A stretch of 64,000 nucleotides of DNA from an uncultured Acidobacteriota bacterium (GTDB lineage Bacteria; Acidobacteriota; JAQAZP01), in contig CAWIIB010000001.1 of the NCBI GenBank assembly GCA_963836075.1, positions 512,001 through 576,000 of the forward strand. The letters are read 5' to 3'. A program made the position numbers and the translations under genes. Positions within the stretch are counted from its first letter, which is position 1. Each line of letters opens with the position of its first letter. The notes below the pieces were generated by a model. It had not been told where the DNA came from and searched no databases. It saw nothing but the letters and a program-made list of their open reading frames with translations. Below are positions 50,915-60,446 of the stretch, in pieces.

Positions 50915-52579
50915 ATGAAACAGTATCGCATCACCATCATGGCCGTTTGCATCATCCTGATCTCGGCCCTGGCCGGCGGCCTCTTTGGCGCACGGGTGCT
51001 GGCCGTGCCCAGCGGCCAGCCCCAGTATCTGAAACTCTTCTCCGAAATCCTTGAAAAGACCGAAGAGCATTACGCCGAGGAGGTGGACCAGCAGGTGCTG
51101 GTCTATGGCGCCATCGACGGCCTGCTGGCCACCCTGGACCGCCACTCCAACTTCCTCGCCGCGGAGAGTTTCACCGCGATCCGCGAGGAACAGCAGGGCA
51201 AATTCTTCGGCCTGGGCATCGTGGTGTCGATGCGCGAGGACCGGATCACCGTCATCTCACCCATCGAGGGCACACCGGCCTTCCGGCTGGGGATCACCGC
51301 CGGCGACGTGATCGACCGCATCGAGGGCGATTCCACCGAGGGCATGAGCGTCAACGACGCGGTGTCGCTGCTCCGCGGCCCCAAGGGGACCACGGTGAAC
51401 ATCTCCATCGCCCGCCCGGGGTTCAAGGAACTGCTCGACTTCGCCATCGTCCGCGACGAGGTGCCGACGCACAGCGTGATCTACTCCTTCATGCTCGACG
51501 ACGGCGTGGGCTACATCCGGTTGAAGAACTTCACCCAGACCACTTCCGACGAACTGCACGAGACCCTGGCCCGGCTGCGCGAGGAAGGGATGGAGAAACT
51601 GCTCTTTGACCTGCGCAACAACAGCGGCGGCCTGCTGGACCAGGCGGTTCTGGTCTCCGACATCTTTCTCCCCGCCGACCAGAAGATCGTCTACACCCGC
51701 GGCCGGATCCTCAGCTCGAACCAGGAGTATTTCACCGCCGGAGAGTCGAACAACGAGTTCTACGAAAACATGCCGCTGGTGATCCTGGTCAACCGGGGCA
51801 GCGCCTCGGCCTCGGAGATCGTGGCCGGGGCGGTACAGGACCACGACCGGGGCCTGATCGTGGGCGACGCTACCTGGGGCAAGGGCCTGGTGCAGTCGGT
51901 CTACCCCCTGAGCTTCGACAGCGGCCTGGCCCTGACCACGGCCCGCTACTACACGCCCAGCGGCCGTTCCATCCAGCGGGACTACGAGCTGCTGGACGAG
52001 TACTACTTCCCCTCCGCCGATGGGGAGACCGAAGAAACCCCGGTGGCCGAGGGTGAGGTGAGCTACACCTCCACCGGACGCAAGGTAACCGGCGGCGGCG
52101 GCATCAGCCCCGACGTGGAGGTCAAGCAGAACCGCCGCTCGGAGTTTGTCCAGCGCCTGTACGCCTACGCCATCTTCTTCAACTTCGCCGTGAACCTCAC
52201 CACCGGGCACGGCGTGGTGGCCGGCCGGGATTTCGTGCTGGACGACGCCGCCCTGGTGGAGTTCCGCCGCTACCTTGAGGGCCGGGAGATCGATTTCACC
52301 GAGAACGACCTGCTGGAGGGCCGGGAGGAGATCGAGCGGGAGATCCAGCAGGAACTGCTCTCCACCCAGGAAGGCCTGGATGCCGGCTACCGCTTCTTCC
52401 TCGAGGAGGACCTGCAGGTGTTGCGGGCCATTGAGCTCTTCGACCGGGCCGAGGAACTGTTTGTCAGTTCGATGAAGCTGCGCCGGCTGCGGCAGGAGAG
52501 CGAAGCCGATTCGGTGATCTCACGGGCGGATCAGCCGGAAGGCAACCCGGCGGACGCTGCAGCCGCCACCGTTCAGTAG
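50915..52579 (+). CDS. S41A C-terminal processing protease with PDZ domain
   Basis: FFGLGI PDZ, DLRNNSGGLL, SASASEIVAGA.QD..R, TWGKGLVQ, TTARYYTPSGRSIQ, GGISPD. Confidence 0.93.
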   Translation: MKQYRITIMAVCIILISALAGGLFGARVLAVPSGQPQYLKLFSEILEKTEEHYAEEVDQQVLVYGAIDGLLATLDRHSNFLAAESFTAIREEQQGKFFGLGIVVSMREDRITVISPIEGTPAFRLGITAGDVIDRIEGDSTEGMSVNDAVSLLRGPKGTTVNISIARPGFKELLDFAIVRDEVPTHSVIYSFMLDDGVGYIRLKNFTQTTSDELHETLARLREEGMEKLLFDLRNNSGGLLDQAVLVSDIFLPADQKIVYTRGRILSSNQEYFTAGESNNEFYENMPLVILVNRGSASASEIVAGAVQDHDRGLIVGDATWGKGLVQSVYPLSFDSGLALTTARYYTPSGRSIQRDYELLDEYYFPSADGETEETPVAEGEVSYTSTGRKVTGGGGISPDVEVKQNRRSEFVQRLYAYAIFFNFAVNLTTGHGVVAGRDFVLDDAALVEFRRYLEGREIDFTENDLLEGREEIEREIQQELLSTQEGLDAGYRFFLEEDLQVLRAIELFDRAEELFVSSMKLRRLRQESEADSVISRADQPEGNPADAAAATVQ

Positions 52580-52720
52580 CAATACAGGTCTGCACAACCC
52601 GCGGGATGGGCGGCCAGGTCTCACTCTGCATCGTTACGGGCGTTGCCTTGGTGCGTAAAGGCTACCGTCGCAGCTCTGACTTGCTTTCAAGCCGCCCGCT
52701 GCCGCTGACAAAAATAGCTA

Positions 52721-53038
52721 TTAACCCTCGCTACCGACGAGAATCACGGGGGCTCCCCCTGAAGAGATCCGGCCCGCGTCTGCAGCAACCTCTTGCATCT
52801 CCGGGCTGCTCATCGCCTTCTGCAACGCCTCGGCTGACGGGAATGGCATCGTGAAAAGCTGATAGAAGGGGGCCGGGCCTTCCGGAGTCGGAAGAAACCG
52901 CGTAACGGTATAGGGGCGCGAATCCTCTGGAATGTTCGCCTTCTGATGAAAGAGCCCGAGGTGGTCGCTGTAGTCGTTATCGAACTGCGCCGTATCGGTC
53001 GGATGCGGGTAAAGGACCATCAGTTTGACATCGGTCAT
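52721..53038 (-). CDS. EthD-family protein
   Basis: KLMVLYPHP.D...F..Y..HL, F.S.EAL..A..SPE...VAAD; aggagg RBS. Confidence 0.75.
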   Translation of the reverse strand: MTDVKLMVLYPHPTDTAQFDNDYSDHLGLFHQKANIPEDSRPYTVTRFLPTPEGPAPFYQLFTMPFPSAEALQKAMSSPEMQEVAADAGRISSGGAPVILVGSEG

Positions 53039-53297
53039 CGATTTCCTCCTCAGGATTGTTGATTGATGTCTTTTTGAGCGGTATCACAAATATACAGATG
53101 CCAACGGACATCCTGGCATTAAGCTATCGTTTCTTAGTCTTCTTGGGCTTGGGCTACAACCAGCGTGCCGAAAGCAGCTTGACCGTTGAAAGCGGTTGTA
53201 TCGTTTCGCAGTTGTGATACTCTCCGATCCGTTGACGTTAACTTGGTGGACATCGGCTCCTTGTTTCAAGATATCGAGGATCCCCAAAAGGACCAAC

Positions 53298-53489
53298 ATG
53301 GCAAAGAAAAAAAACACATTTGAAAAGCGCCAAAAGGAAATGGATAGGATGCGTAAGGCCAAGGAGAAGCGTGAGCGGCGACTCGCGCGCAAATCACCCT
53401 CTGAGGATCAGGAAAGCCCTGACGGAACTCCGACTGTGCGGGAATCCGAGCAGAATGACTCTCAATCCGTGGCGACGCCCCCGCTGTAA
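53298..53489 (+). CDS. Small basic protein
   Basis: MAKKKNTFEKRQKEMDRMRKAKEKRERRLARK..., aagga RBS; resembles a widespread small Lys/Arg-rich family. Confidence 0.6.
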   Translation: MAKKKNTFEKRQKEMDRMRKAKEKRERRLARKSPSEDQESPDGTPTVRESEQNDSQSVATPPL

Positions 53490-53724
53490 TGTCCGGCCTC
53501 ATTCGGCACATCATCTTTGGATTGTCTTTTTCGTTTGGGCATAGGTTAATCTTCTGCTGCCTACGTCGTGAATTCATCATGTTGGCTTAGAGGTGGACTC
53601 CATGTGGTCCGGAGCCTGAAGACGAAAGCGAGCAGTCCGCTTGACGAACTGCCGCCAATAGCGATTGTTTCGTCGAGGGTCAAGGCCCTCTCTTCGCAAA
53701 GACAGTTAAGGATGGTGAGGCTTG

Positions 53725-54126
53725 CTACTCCTTGGCGCCTTCACCGAAGAAATTGACTGTGGAATAGCCTTCCACGTCCTTGCCGAACCTCTCCGTTCGC
53801 TTGGGCATGACCAGGAACGTGGCCTGCTCTCCGAACACCTTGGAAAAGATCACCCGTCCCTCTTCTTCGCCCTGCCGGAACAGCAGTTCGGCGAAACGCT
53901 CGCTGCGCCGCGAGGTGAGGTCAAAGTTGCAGACGGGACAGCTGAAGTCGATCTCTTCCCCGGGGTGGGCGGGGAAATCGGAGGGGTGGATCACTTCATA
54001 GTCGCCCAGCCGCGGGCTGAAGAGAAAGAGCCCCTTGAGGCTGGAGAGGTTGGCCTTGAGGATGATCTTGGTGCCCGGGTTCAGTTCGGCACCGCACTTG
54101 GGGCAGAGAAAGCACTTCTTCAGCAT
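53725..54126 (-). CDS. Hypothetical protein with two CxxC pairs (zinc-ribbon-like)
   Basis: CPKCG...FSCPVC, GLFLFSP.LGDY, FSKVFGEQAT; ggag RBS. Confidence 0.6.
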   Translation of the reverse strand: MLKKCFLCPKCGAELNPGTKIILKANLSSLKGLFLFSPRLGDYEVIHPSDFPAHPGEEIDFSCPVCNFDLTSRRSERFAELLFRQGEEEGRVIFSKVFGEQATFLVMPKRTERFGKDVEGYSTVNFFGEGAKE

Positions 54127-54152
54127 GGCATAAGCTCCGGCTGCCGTTCCGG

Positions 54153-54581
54153 CTATTTGAACACCAGCGCCTTGGTGGGACAGAACATGGCGCAGGCCGG
54201 CCTGCCGCCACAGATATCGCACTTGGCCACCACCGCGGCCGGTTCGTCAAAAACCATGTTGCCGAAGGGGCAGGCAACCACACAGGACATGCAGCGGACA
54301 CACCGCTCCTCGTCCAGATCGATGGCCCCGGTCTCCTCGTTGCGGATCAGGGCCTCCACCGGGCAGGCCCGCACACAGGCCGCCACTTCGCATTGCAGGC
54401 AGAGCACCGGGACAAAGGTCTCGTTGCCGGTGTCGTGGACCCGGACCCGCGAGCGGCGCAGGCGCCCTCCCCCCTCGGTGTGAGCAAAGGTGCAGGCCAG
54501 TTCGCAGGTCCGGCAGCCGATGCACTTGCCCGGGGTGACATAGAGTCGTTTCAACTGCAGTGCCAGTTCCTTGTCTACCAT
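54153..54581 (-). CDS. Four-[4Fe-4S] ferredoxin-like subunit (CooF/DmsB/WorS-like)
   Basis: CIGCRTCELAC, CLQCEVAACVRACP, CVRCMSCVVACP, KCDICGGRPACAMFCP. Confidence 0.88.
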   Translation of the reverse strand: MVDKELALQLKRLYVTPGKCIGCRTCELACTFAHTEGGGRLRRSRVRVHDTGNETFVPVLCLQCEVAACVRACPVEALIRNEETGAIDLDEERCVRCMSCVVACPFGNMVFDEPAAVVAKCDICGGRPACAMFCPTKALVFK

Positions 54582-55339
54582 TGCACCATCCTGGAAAAGG
54601 TTCGAGCCGTGTCCCTGCTCCGGCAACTGTCGCACTTCTCGAAGTAGTCGATGGTCAAGCCTTCGCGCTCACAGACATACTCGGCCTGGGCGCGGGTGAT
54701 ATGGGAGGTGCCGCACTCGGCGCAGCACATCATCTCGAACGTCTGGCCCCAGATTTTGCGCTGGCGGCCGTCCTCACGGAAGGTGATGGCATCGGTGGGA
54801 CAGATCCGGGCACAGACCGCGCAGCCCACGCAGCTCTCGGCCGGCTGGTCCAGCGGCAGCCCCACCTTCTTGTTCACCCCGCGGCCCACGGTGGAGATGG
54901 CGTGGTGGCCCATCTGGGCGCAGATCCGCGTGCAGAGGCCGCAGAGCATGCAGTTGTAGGGATCGGCGTCCACGGTGAGGGTGGTTTCCTTGAGGCCGCA
55001 GGCGGCGGCGAGGTCCCGGATCACCGGTGACGTGGGGCAGCGGGCCAGCAGCAGGTCAAGCACGTTGCGGCGGCACTCCAGCACCGCCTCGGAATCGGTG
55101 GCCACCACCAGACCCGGCTCGATGGGATAGAGACAGGCGGTGACCAGCCCCTTCCACCCCTTCCAGTCCCGGTGGGTGATCTCCACCATGCAGAGGCGGC
55201 AGGCACCTGACGGCTCCACCGCCTCGTGGTGGCAGAGGGTGGGAATCCGGATGCCGGCCCGCCCGGCGACCTGGAGAACGGTTTCCCCTTCGGCCCCGCT
55301 CACCGCCGTGCCGTTGATCGTAAAACTGATGAGGCCCAT
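54575..55339 (-). CDS. NuoG/HydA N-terminal-like Fe-S subunit without a catalytic domain
   Basis: IPTLCHH..GACRLC...TAC ([2Fe-2S]), CMLCGLCTRIC and CVGCAVCARICP (2x[4Fe-4S]), extra C-terminal CAECG...CDSC; no H-cluster or Mo/W-bisPGD domain. Confidence 0.85.
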   Translation of the reverse strand: MGLISFTINGTAVSGAEGETVLQVAGRAGIRIPTLCHHEAVEPSGACRLCMVEITHRDWKGWKGLVTACLYPIEPGLVVATDSEAVLECRRNVLDLLLARCPTSPVIRDLAAACGLKETTLTVDADPYNCMLCGLCTRICAQMGHHAISTVGRGVNKKVGLPLDQPAESCVGCAVCARICPTDAITFREDGRQRKIWGQTFEMMCCAECGTSHITRAQAEYVCEREGLTIDYFEKCDSCRSRDTARTFSRMVQW

Positions 55340-55374
55340 GACTCTATCCCTCTCTGGCGCCCGGTGCGACCGGG

Positions 55375-57225
55375 TCAATGTACCTCGATGGCTTCATCCG
55401 GACACACGGTGATGCAGGCCCCGCAGCGCGTGCACTTGTCATCGTGAATCTCGTGCCGGGATTTCTTCTTGCCGCTGATGGCGTCGAAGGCGCAGACCTT
55501 GGAGCAGGCCGTGCAGCCGGTGCAGGCGTCGTTGATCGAGTAGGTGATCAGCTCCTTGCAGACGCCCCCGGAGCAGCGGTGGTCCTTGATGTGCGCTTCG
55601 TACTCGTCCCTGAAAAAGGCCAGGGTGCTGTTCACCGGGTTGGCCGCGGATTTGCCGAGGGCGCAGAGCGAGCCGGCGGTGAGCACGGCGGAAAGCCTCT
55701 CGATACTCTGCAGGTCTTCGGGAACGCCCTTGCCGCCGCAGATCCGCTCGAGGATGATCAGCAGCTGCTTGAGCCCCTCGCGGCAGGGGACGCATTTCCC
55801 GCAGGATTCCTCCACCAGGAAATTGACGAAGTAACGGGCCACGTCCACCATGCAGGTGCGGTCGTCCATCACGATCATGCCGCCGGAGCCCATCATCGAC
55901 CCCGCCTCGGTGAGAGTGTCGAAATCCACCGCCAGGTCGAGGGCCGATTGGGGCAGGCAGCCGCCGGAGGGTCCGCCGGTCTGCACCGCCTTGAACGGGC
56001 GGTCGCCGATGATCCCGCCGCCCACACCGAAGATGATGTCGCGCAGGGTCACCCCCATGGGCACTTCCACCAGGCCGGTGTTCTTCACCTTGCCCACCAG
56101 AGAGAAAGCCTTGGTGCCCGGGCTGCCCTTGGTCCCCACGGCGGCAAAGGCTTTGGCGCCCTGGTCAATGATGTAGGGCACGCAGGCGAAGGTCTCCACG
56201 TTGTTCAGCACCGTGGGTTTGTCGTAGAGCCCCTTGACCACCGAGTGGACATACTTGGCCCGCGGTTCGCCCACCTCCCCGGCCACCGATTTCATCAGCG
56301 CCGAGGACTCGCCGCAGACAAAGGCGCCGCCGCCGCGGTTGATCTCGATGGTGAAGTCGAAGCCGCTGCCCAGGATGTCGTCCCCCAGCAGCCCGGCCTC
56401 CCCGGCCTGTTCGATGGCGATGCCCAGCCGCTTGCGGGCCAGCGGGTATTCCTCGCGGACGTAGATGTAGCCCGTGCTCGCGCCCACTGCGTGGGCCCCG
56501 ATGATCATGCCCTCGATCACCGCGTGGGGGTCGCCCTCGCAGATCGAGCGGTCCATGAAAGCCCCGGGGTCGCCCTCGTCGGCGTTGCAGATCACGTAGC
56601 GCGGGTGGTCGTCCACCTTGCGGCAGGTGGCCCACTTGCGTCCGGCGGGAAAACCGCCGCCGCCCCGGCCGCGCAGACCGGACTTGCTCACCACGTCGAT
56701 GACCTTCTCCGGCTTCATGGCCAGCGCCCTGGGCAACGCCTGGTAACCGCCCACCGCCAGGTAGTCGTCCAGCTGCTCCGGGTCGATGCGCCCGATGTTG
56801 CGCAGCACCAGCCGGTGTTGCTTGGCGTAGAAATCGATCAGGTTGTAGGTCTTGATCCGCTCGCCGGTGTCGGGGCTCTTGTAGAGCAGCTTCTCGATCA
56901 CTTCGCCCTTCTGCAGGGTCGATTCCACGATCTTCTTCACGTGGCTCGGCTTGACCTTCTGATAGAAGATCTTTTCCGGCATCAGGATGACCAGCGGGCC
57001 CTGCTCGCAGAAACCGTGGCAACCGGTCTCCTTGATCACCATCCGCACGCCGACCTTCAGCCCGGCGGCTTTGGTCTCGGTGCGGAAGGCCTGGGCCACC
57101 TCGGCACTGCCGCCGGCCAGACAGCCGGTGCCGGCGCAGATCAGGATCTCCCGCTTGACCTTGCCGGCCAGGGCCTGCAGTTTCGTTCTCTGTTTCTCCA
57201 GCGCCCCCGGGCTACTGAACCTCAT
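55375..57225 (-). CDS. NuoF/HydB-like FMN/NAD(H)-binding subunit, long form
   Basis: N-terminal CAGTGC...GCHGFCEQGP, SGLRGRGGGGFP, NADEGDPGAFMDRS, GAFVCGES, TGGPSGG, ESCGKCVPCREG, SLCALG, C-terminal 2x[4Fe-4S]. Confidence 0.93.
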   Translation of the reverse strand: MRFSSPGALEKQRTKLQALAGKVKREILICAGTGCLAGGSAEVAQAFRTETKAAGLKVGVRMVIKETGCHGFCEQGPLVILMPEKIFYQKVKPSHVKKIVESTLQKGEVIEKLLYKSPDTGERIKTYNLIDFYAKQHRLVLRNIGRIDPEQLDDYLAVGGYQALPRALAMKPEKVIDVVSKSGLRGRGGGGFPAGRKWATCRKVDDHPRYVICNADEGDPGAFMDRSICEGDPHAVIEGMIIGAHAVGASTGYIYVREEYPLARKRLGIAIEQAGEAGLLGDDILGSGFDFTIEINRGGGAFVCGESSALMKSVAGEVGEPRAKYVHSVVKGLYDKPTVLNNVETFACVPYIIDQGAKAFAAVGTKGSPGTKAFSLVGKVKNTGLVEVPMGVTLRDIIFGVGGGIIGDRPFKAVQTGGPSGGCLPQSALDLAVDFDTLTEAGSMMGSGGMIVMDDRTCMVDVARYFVNFLVEESCGKCVPCREGLKQLLIILERICGGKGVPEDLQSIERLSAVLTAGSLCALGKSAANPVNSTLAFFRDEYEAHIKDHRCSGGVCKELITYSINDACTGCTACSKVCAFDAISGKKKSRHEIHDDKCTRCGACITVCPDEAIEVH

Positions 57226-57237
57226 ATCCTCACCTGC

Positions 57238-57699
57238 CTAGGTTTTAACAATGCGTTTGATTTTGCTGATCCGCATCTTGCCGTAATATTTCTCGTTGAC
57301 CATCACCACCGGGGCCATGGCGCAGGTGCCCACGCAGTTGACCGATTCCAGGGTGTATTCTCCGCACTCCGTGGTCTGCCCGGGCTTGATCTCCAGCCGG
57401 CGCACCAGCTCGTCCAGCAGCAGCCCGGCGCCGCGTACGTGGCAGGCCGTGCCCATGCAGACGCGGATCACGTTTTTGCCCTTCGGCTCCAGACTGAACG
57501 AGGAGTAGAAGGTGGCCACGCTGTAGACCTTGCTCAGCGGCACGGCCAGCGTCTCCGCTGTCTGCTTCAGCGCCTCGGGGGGCAGGTAGTTGTACTCCAG
57601 CTGAATGTCCTGGAGGATCGAGATCAGTTCGGACGTCTCGGCCGAATGTCGGTCCAGGATACCCTGCAGCGGTTTCAGATCCAGTTCCATCCTCGGCAC
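57238..57699 (-). CDS. NuoE/HydC-like [2Fe-2S] subunit
   Basis: LISILQDIQ..YNYLP, VATFY, VCMGTACHVRGA, CVGTCAMAP. Confidence 0.93.
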   Translation of the reverse strand: MPRMELDLKPLQGILDRHSAETSELISILQDIQLEYNYLPPEALKQTAETLAVPLSKVYSVATFYSSFSLEPKGKNVIRVCMGTACHVRGAGLLLDELVRRLEIKPGQTTECGEYTLESVNCVGTCAMAPVVMVNEKYYGKMRISKIKRIVKT

Positions 57700-57709
57700 T
57701 CCTCCCCTT

Positions 57710-58243
57710 CTACCGCTTGCAGCCCAGGCGGTGCCCCGCCATCATGGCATTGAGATTGATCTCGGCCACCTTGCCGGAGAATTTTTTCTCCACGAAGGCC
57801 TTGAGATTCTTGATCTGCACGATTGCGGTGCGGCCCACAAAGGCGCCCAGCATCACCATGTTGGTGGCCCGGGGCGAACCGCTCTCGATGGCGATGTCGT
57901 TGGCCGGCACCAGCAGCTCGTCCACGTCGTCCCGCTCCGAGGTGACCTCGATCAGCGAGGAGTTGACGATGATCGTCCCGCCGGACTTGACCCGCGGGGC
58001 GAACTTGTCCATGGAGGGGCGGTTGAGCACCACCAGCGCCTTTGGCGTGGAGATGATCGGCGACCCGATCGGCTCGTCGGAGACCACCACCGTGCAGTAG
58101 GCGGTCCCGCCGCGCATCTCCGGCCCGTAGGAGGGCAGCCAGACCACCTGCTGCCCCTCCTGCATGGCGGTCTTGGCCAGGAATTGGCCGATGGACATGA
58201 TGCCCTGCCCGCCGAATCCCGCGAAAAAGGTTTCCAGCTGCAT
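57710..58243 (-). CDS. 2-oxoacid:ferredoxin oxidoreductase gamma subunit
   Basis: AGFGGQG, WLPSYGPEMRGGTA, NMVMLGA. Confidence 0.92.
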   Translation of the reverse strand: MQLETFFAGFGGQGIMSIGQFLAKTAMQEGQQVVWLPSYGPEMRGGTAYCTVVVSDEPIGSPIISTPKALVVLNRPSMDKFAPRVKSGGTIIVNSSLIEVTSERDDVDELLVPANDIAIESGSPRATNMVMLGAFVGRTAIVQIKNLKAFVEKKFSGKVAEINLNAMMAGHRLGCKR

Positions 58244-58248
58244 TGTCC

Positions 58249-59013
58249 CTAACCCTCCTTCACCGGGGGCTCTTTGTAGACGCCGAGCGGGTAGAACGGA
58301 ACCATGTTGTCCCTGACCCAGTTGGTGGCTTCCAGCGGTGTGAGGCCCCAGTTGGTGGGACAGGTGGAGAGCACTTCCACCAGGCTGAAGCAGTCGTTGT
58401 TCAGCTGGTGCTGGAAGGCGCGGCGCACCGCCTTCTTGGCCTGGATCGAGTGCTGCGCATCGTGAACCGAGACACGTTCGATATAGGCCGGGGTGACCAG
58501 GGCCGAGAGCAGCTCGGACATCCGGATGGGCTGCCCGGTGTGTTCGGTGTCCCGCCCGAAGGGGCAGGTGCTGGTGACCTGGTTGGACAGCGTGGTGGGA
58601 GCCATCTGGCCGCCGGTCATGCCGTAGATAGCGTTGTTGACGAAGATGGTGGTGAACTTCTCGCCGCGGTTGGCGGCGTGGATGATCTCCGACATGCCGA
58701 TGGAGCAGAGGTCGCCGTCCCCCTGGTAGGTGAAGACCACCAGGTCGGGTCGCACCCGCTTGATACCGGTGGCAAAGGCCGGCGCGCGGCCGTGGGCCGC
58801 TTCCTGGAAGTCGCACTCGAAGTAGTGGTAGATCAGCACCGAACACCCCACCGGCGCCACGCCCACCGCGCGGTCCATCACTCCCAGCTCGTCCAGCGTC
58901 TCAGCCACCATGCGGTGGATCGAGCCGTGGGTGCACCCGGGACAATAGTGGGTGATCTTCTCGGCAAGGGACTCGGGTTTTCTGAAGACGGTCCTGTCCA
59001 GTGTACTGGCCAT
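58249..59013 (-). CDS. 2-oxoacid:ferredoxin oxidoreductase beta (TPP-binding) subunit, Vor-type
   Basis: HYCPGCTHG, PVGCS, HGRA, YQGDGD, NNAIYGMTGGQMAPTT, STCPTNWG. Confidence 0.93.
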   Translation of the reverse strand: MASTLDRTVFRKPESLAEKITHYCPGCTHGSIHRMVAETLDELGVMDRAVGVAPVGCSVLIYHYFECDFQEAAHGRAPAFATGIKRVRPDLVVFTYQGDGDLCSIGMSEIIHAANRGEKFTTIFVNNAIYGMTGGQMAPTTLSNQVTSTCPFGRDTEHTGQPIRMSELLSALVTPAYIERVSVHDAQHSIQAKKAVRRAFQHQLNNDCFSLVEVLSTCPTNWGLTPLEATNWVRDNMVPFYPLGVYKEPPVKEG

Positions 59014-59017
59014 GGTC

Positions 59018-60148
59018 TCAACCCTTTCGACTCTTGGCGGTCTTTTTGGCTCCGGTTTTTGTGCGTGCCGCTTTCTTTTTCGGCGGAGGCGCGCTGGCGG
59101 CCACCAGGCGTTTCACCTCCGCCACCACCTCTTCGGGCGAGGGGACGATCCCGCCGCAGCGGCCGAAGAAGTCCACCGGTTTTTCCCGGCCAATCACCCG
59201 TTCCACGTCCTCCACCATCTGGCCCATGCTCATCTCGACGCTGAGCAGCCGGCCCACCGGTTCGGCGGCCTGGCGCAGCTCTTTCTCGGGGAAGGGAAAG
59301 AGGCTGATCGGCCGGAAGAGGCCCACCGAGATGCGCTGCCGCTTCAGCTCGGCGATGGCCGTCTTGCAGATCCGGGCCATGGTGCCGTAAGCCACCAGCA
59401 TCACCTTGTTGTGGCGGGAACAGTTGTAGCGCTCGTAAAGCACCTCGTGCTTTTTCATCTCTTCATACTTGGCGTAGAGCACCTGGTTGTTTTTTTCCAG
59501 CATCACCGGGTCGAGATGCAGCGAGTGGATCTGGTTCCGCGTCCGGCCCCTGGCGCCGGTGGTGGCCCATGTCTTGGGCGGCAGGTCGCCCTCGTCCGGC
59601 GGGTTGAACTCCACCGGCTCCATCATCTGGCCGATCATGCCGTCGCCCATCACCATCACCGGGTTGCGGTATTTGTCGGCAAGGTAGAAGGCCTTCATGG
59701 TCAGGTCCACCGCTTCCTGGACCGAGGCCGGCGCCAGCACCAGCAGGCGGTAATCGCCGTGGCCGCCCCCCTTGGTGGCCTGGAAGTAGTCGGACTGGGC
59801 CGGCAAAATACCGCCCAGGCCCGGGCCGCCACGGACGATGTTGACGATCACCACCGGCAGCTGGGCCCCGGCGATGTAGGAGATGGCCTCCTGCATCAGG
59901 CTGATCCCGGGGCTGGAGGAAGAGGTGAACACCCGCACGCCGGCGCCGGCCGCGCCGAAGAGCATGTTGCTCACCGCCAGTTCGCTCTCCCCCTGGAGAA
60001 AGACGCCGCCCACCTCGGGCATCCGCTTGGCCAGATACTCGGCCAGCTCGGTCTGGGGAGTGATGGGATAGCAGAAGTAGTTCGTGGCCCCGGCCCGGAT
60101 GGCCGCCTCCCCGATGGCCTCGTTTCCCTTCATCAGCGTTTTTGCCAT
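59018..60148 (-). CDS. 2-oxoacid:ferredoxin oxidoreductase alpha subunit, VorB-type
   Basis: MKGNEAIGEAA, YPITPQTE, TSSSSPGISLMQE, RGGPGLG, GGGHGDY, VEMSMGQM. Confidence 0.93.
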   Translation of the reverse strand: MAKTLMKGNEAIGEAAIRAGATNYFCYPITPQTELAEYLAKRMPEVGGVFLQGESELAVSNMLFGAAGAGVRVFTSSSSPGISLMQEAISYIAGAQLPVVIVNIVRGGPGLGGILPAQSDYFQATKGGGHGDYRLLVLAPASVQEAVDLTMKAFYLADKYRNPVMVMGDGMIGQMMEPVEFNPPDEGDLPPKTWATTGARGRTRNQIHSLHLDPVMLEKNNQVLYAKYEEMKKHEVLYERYNCSRHNKVMLVAYGTMARICKTAIAELKRQRISVGLFRPISLFPFPEKELRQAAEPVGRLLSVEMSMGQMVEDVERVIGREKPVDFFGRCGGIVPSPEEVVAEVKRLVAASAPPPKKKAARTKTGAKKTAKSRKG

Positions 60149-60180
60149 GACGATCGGTCCTCGTTCGGGGTCAACGCCCC

Positions 60181-60414
60181 TCAGTAGTCAACCAGAATGT
60201 ACTGCACGGCGTTGATGTCCACCTCGATGGCCACATCGGGACAGACGATGGCGCAGAGGCGGCAGCCGATACAGCGGGACGGCTGGCTCACCATGGCGTA
60301 GAAATATCCCTTGACGTTGAGTTCCTTGGACATGGTGATGATCTGCTGGGGACAGGCGGCGTTGCAGAGTTCGCAACCCTTGCAGCGGTCCTTGTCCACG
60401 CGTATCTGGGGCAT
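60181..60414 (-). CDS. 2-oxoacid:ferredoxin oxidoreductase delta (2x[4Fe-4S]) subunit
   Basis: CKGCELCNAACP, CIGCRLCAIVCPD. Confidence 0.9.
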   Translation of the reverse strand: MPQIRVDKDRCKGCELCNAACPQQIITMSKELNVKGYFYAMVSQPSRCIGCRLCAIVCPDVAIEVDINAVQYILVDY

Positions 60415-60446
60415 GGTGACTCCTCGGTCTGATGCCTCCGCCGCCG

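Noticed and set aside
52580-53200. Integron cassette (attC) around the EthD-like gene
   Set aside because: I could not identify paired RYYYAAC/GTTRRRY boxes with the required internal symmetry, and there is no integrase in the window.
54575-57699. Respiratory complex I (nuoEFG) or [FeFe]-hydrogenase call
   Set aside because: No other nuo genes are adjacent, and the G/A-like subunit is short and lacks H-cluster motifs, so gene symbols were withheld.
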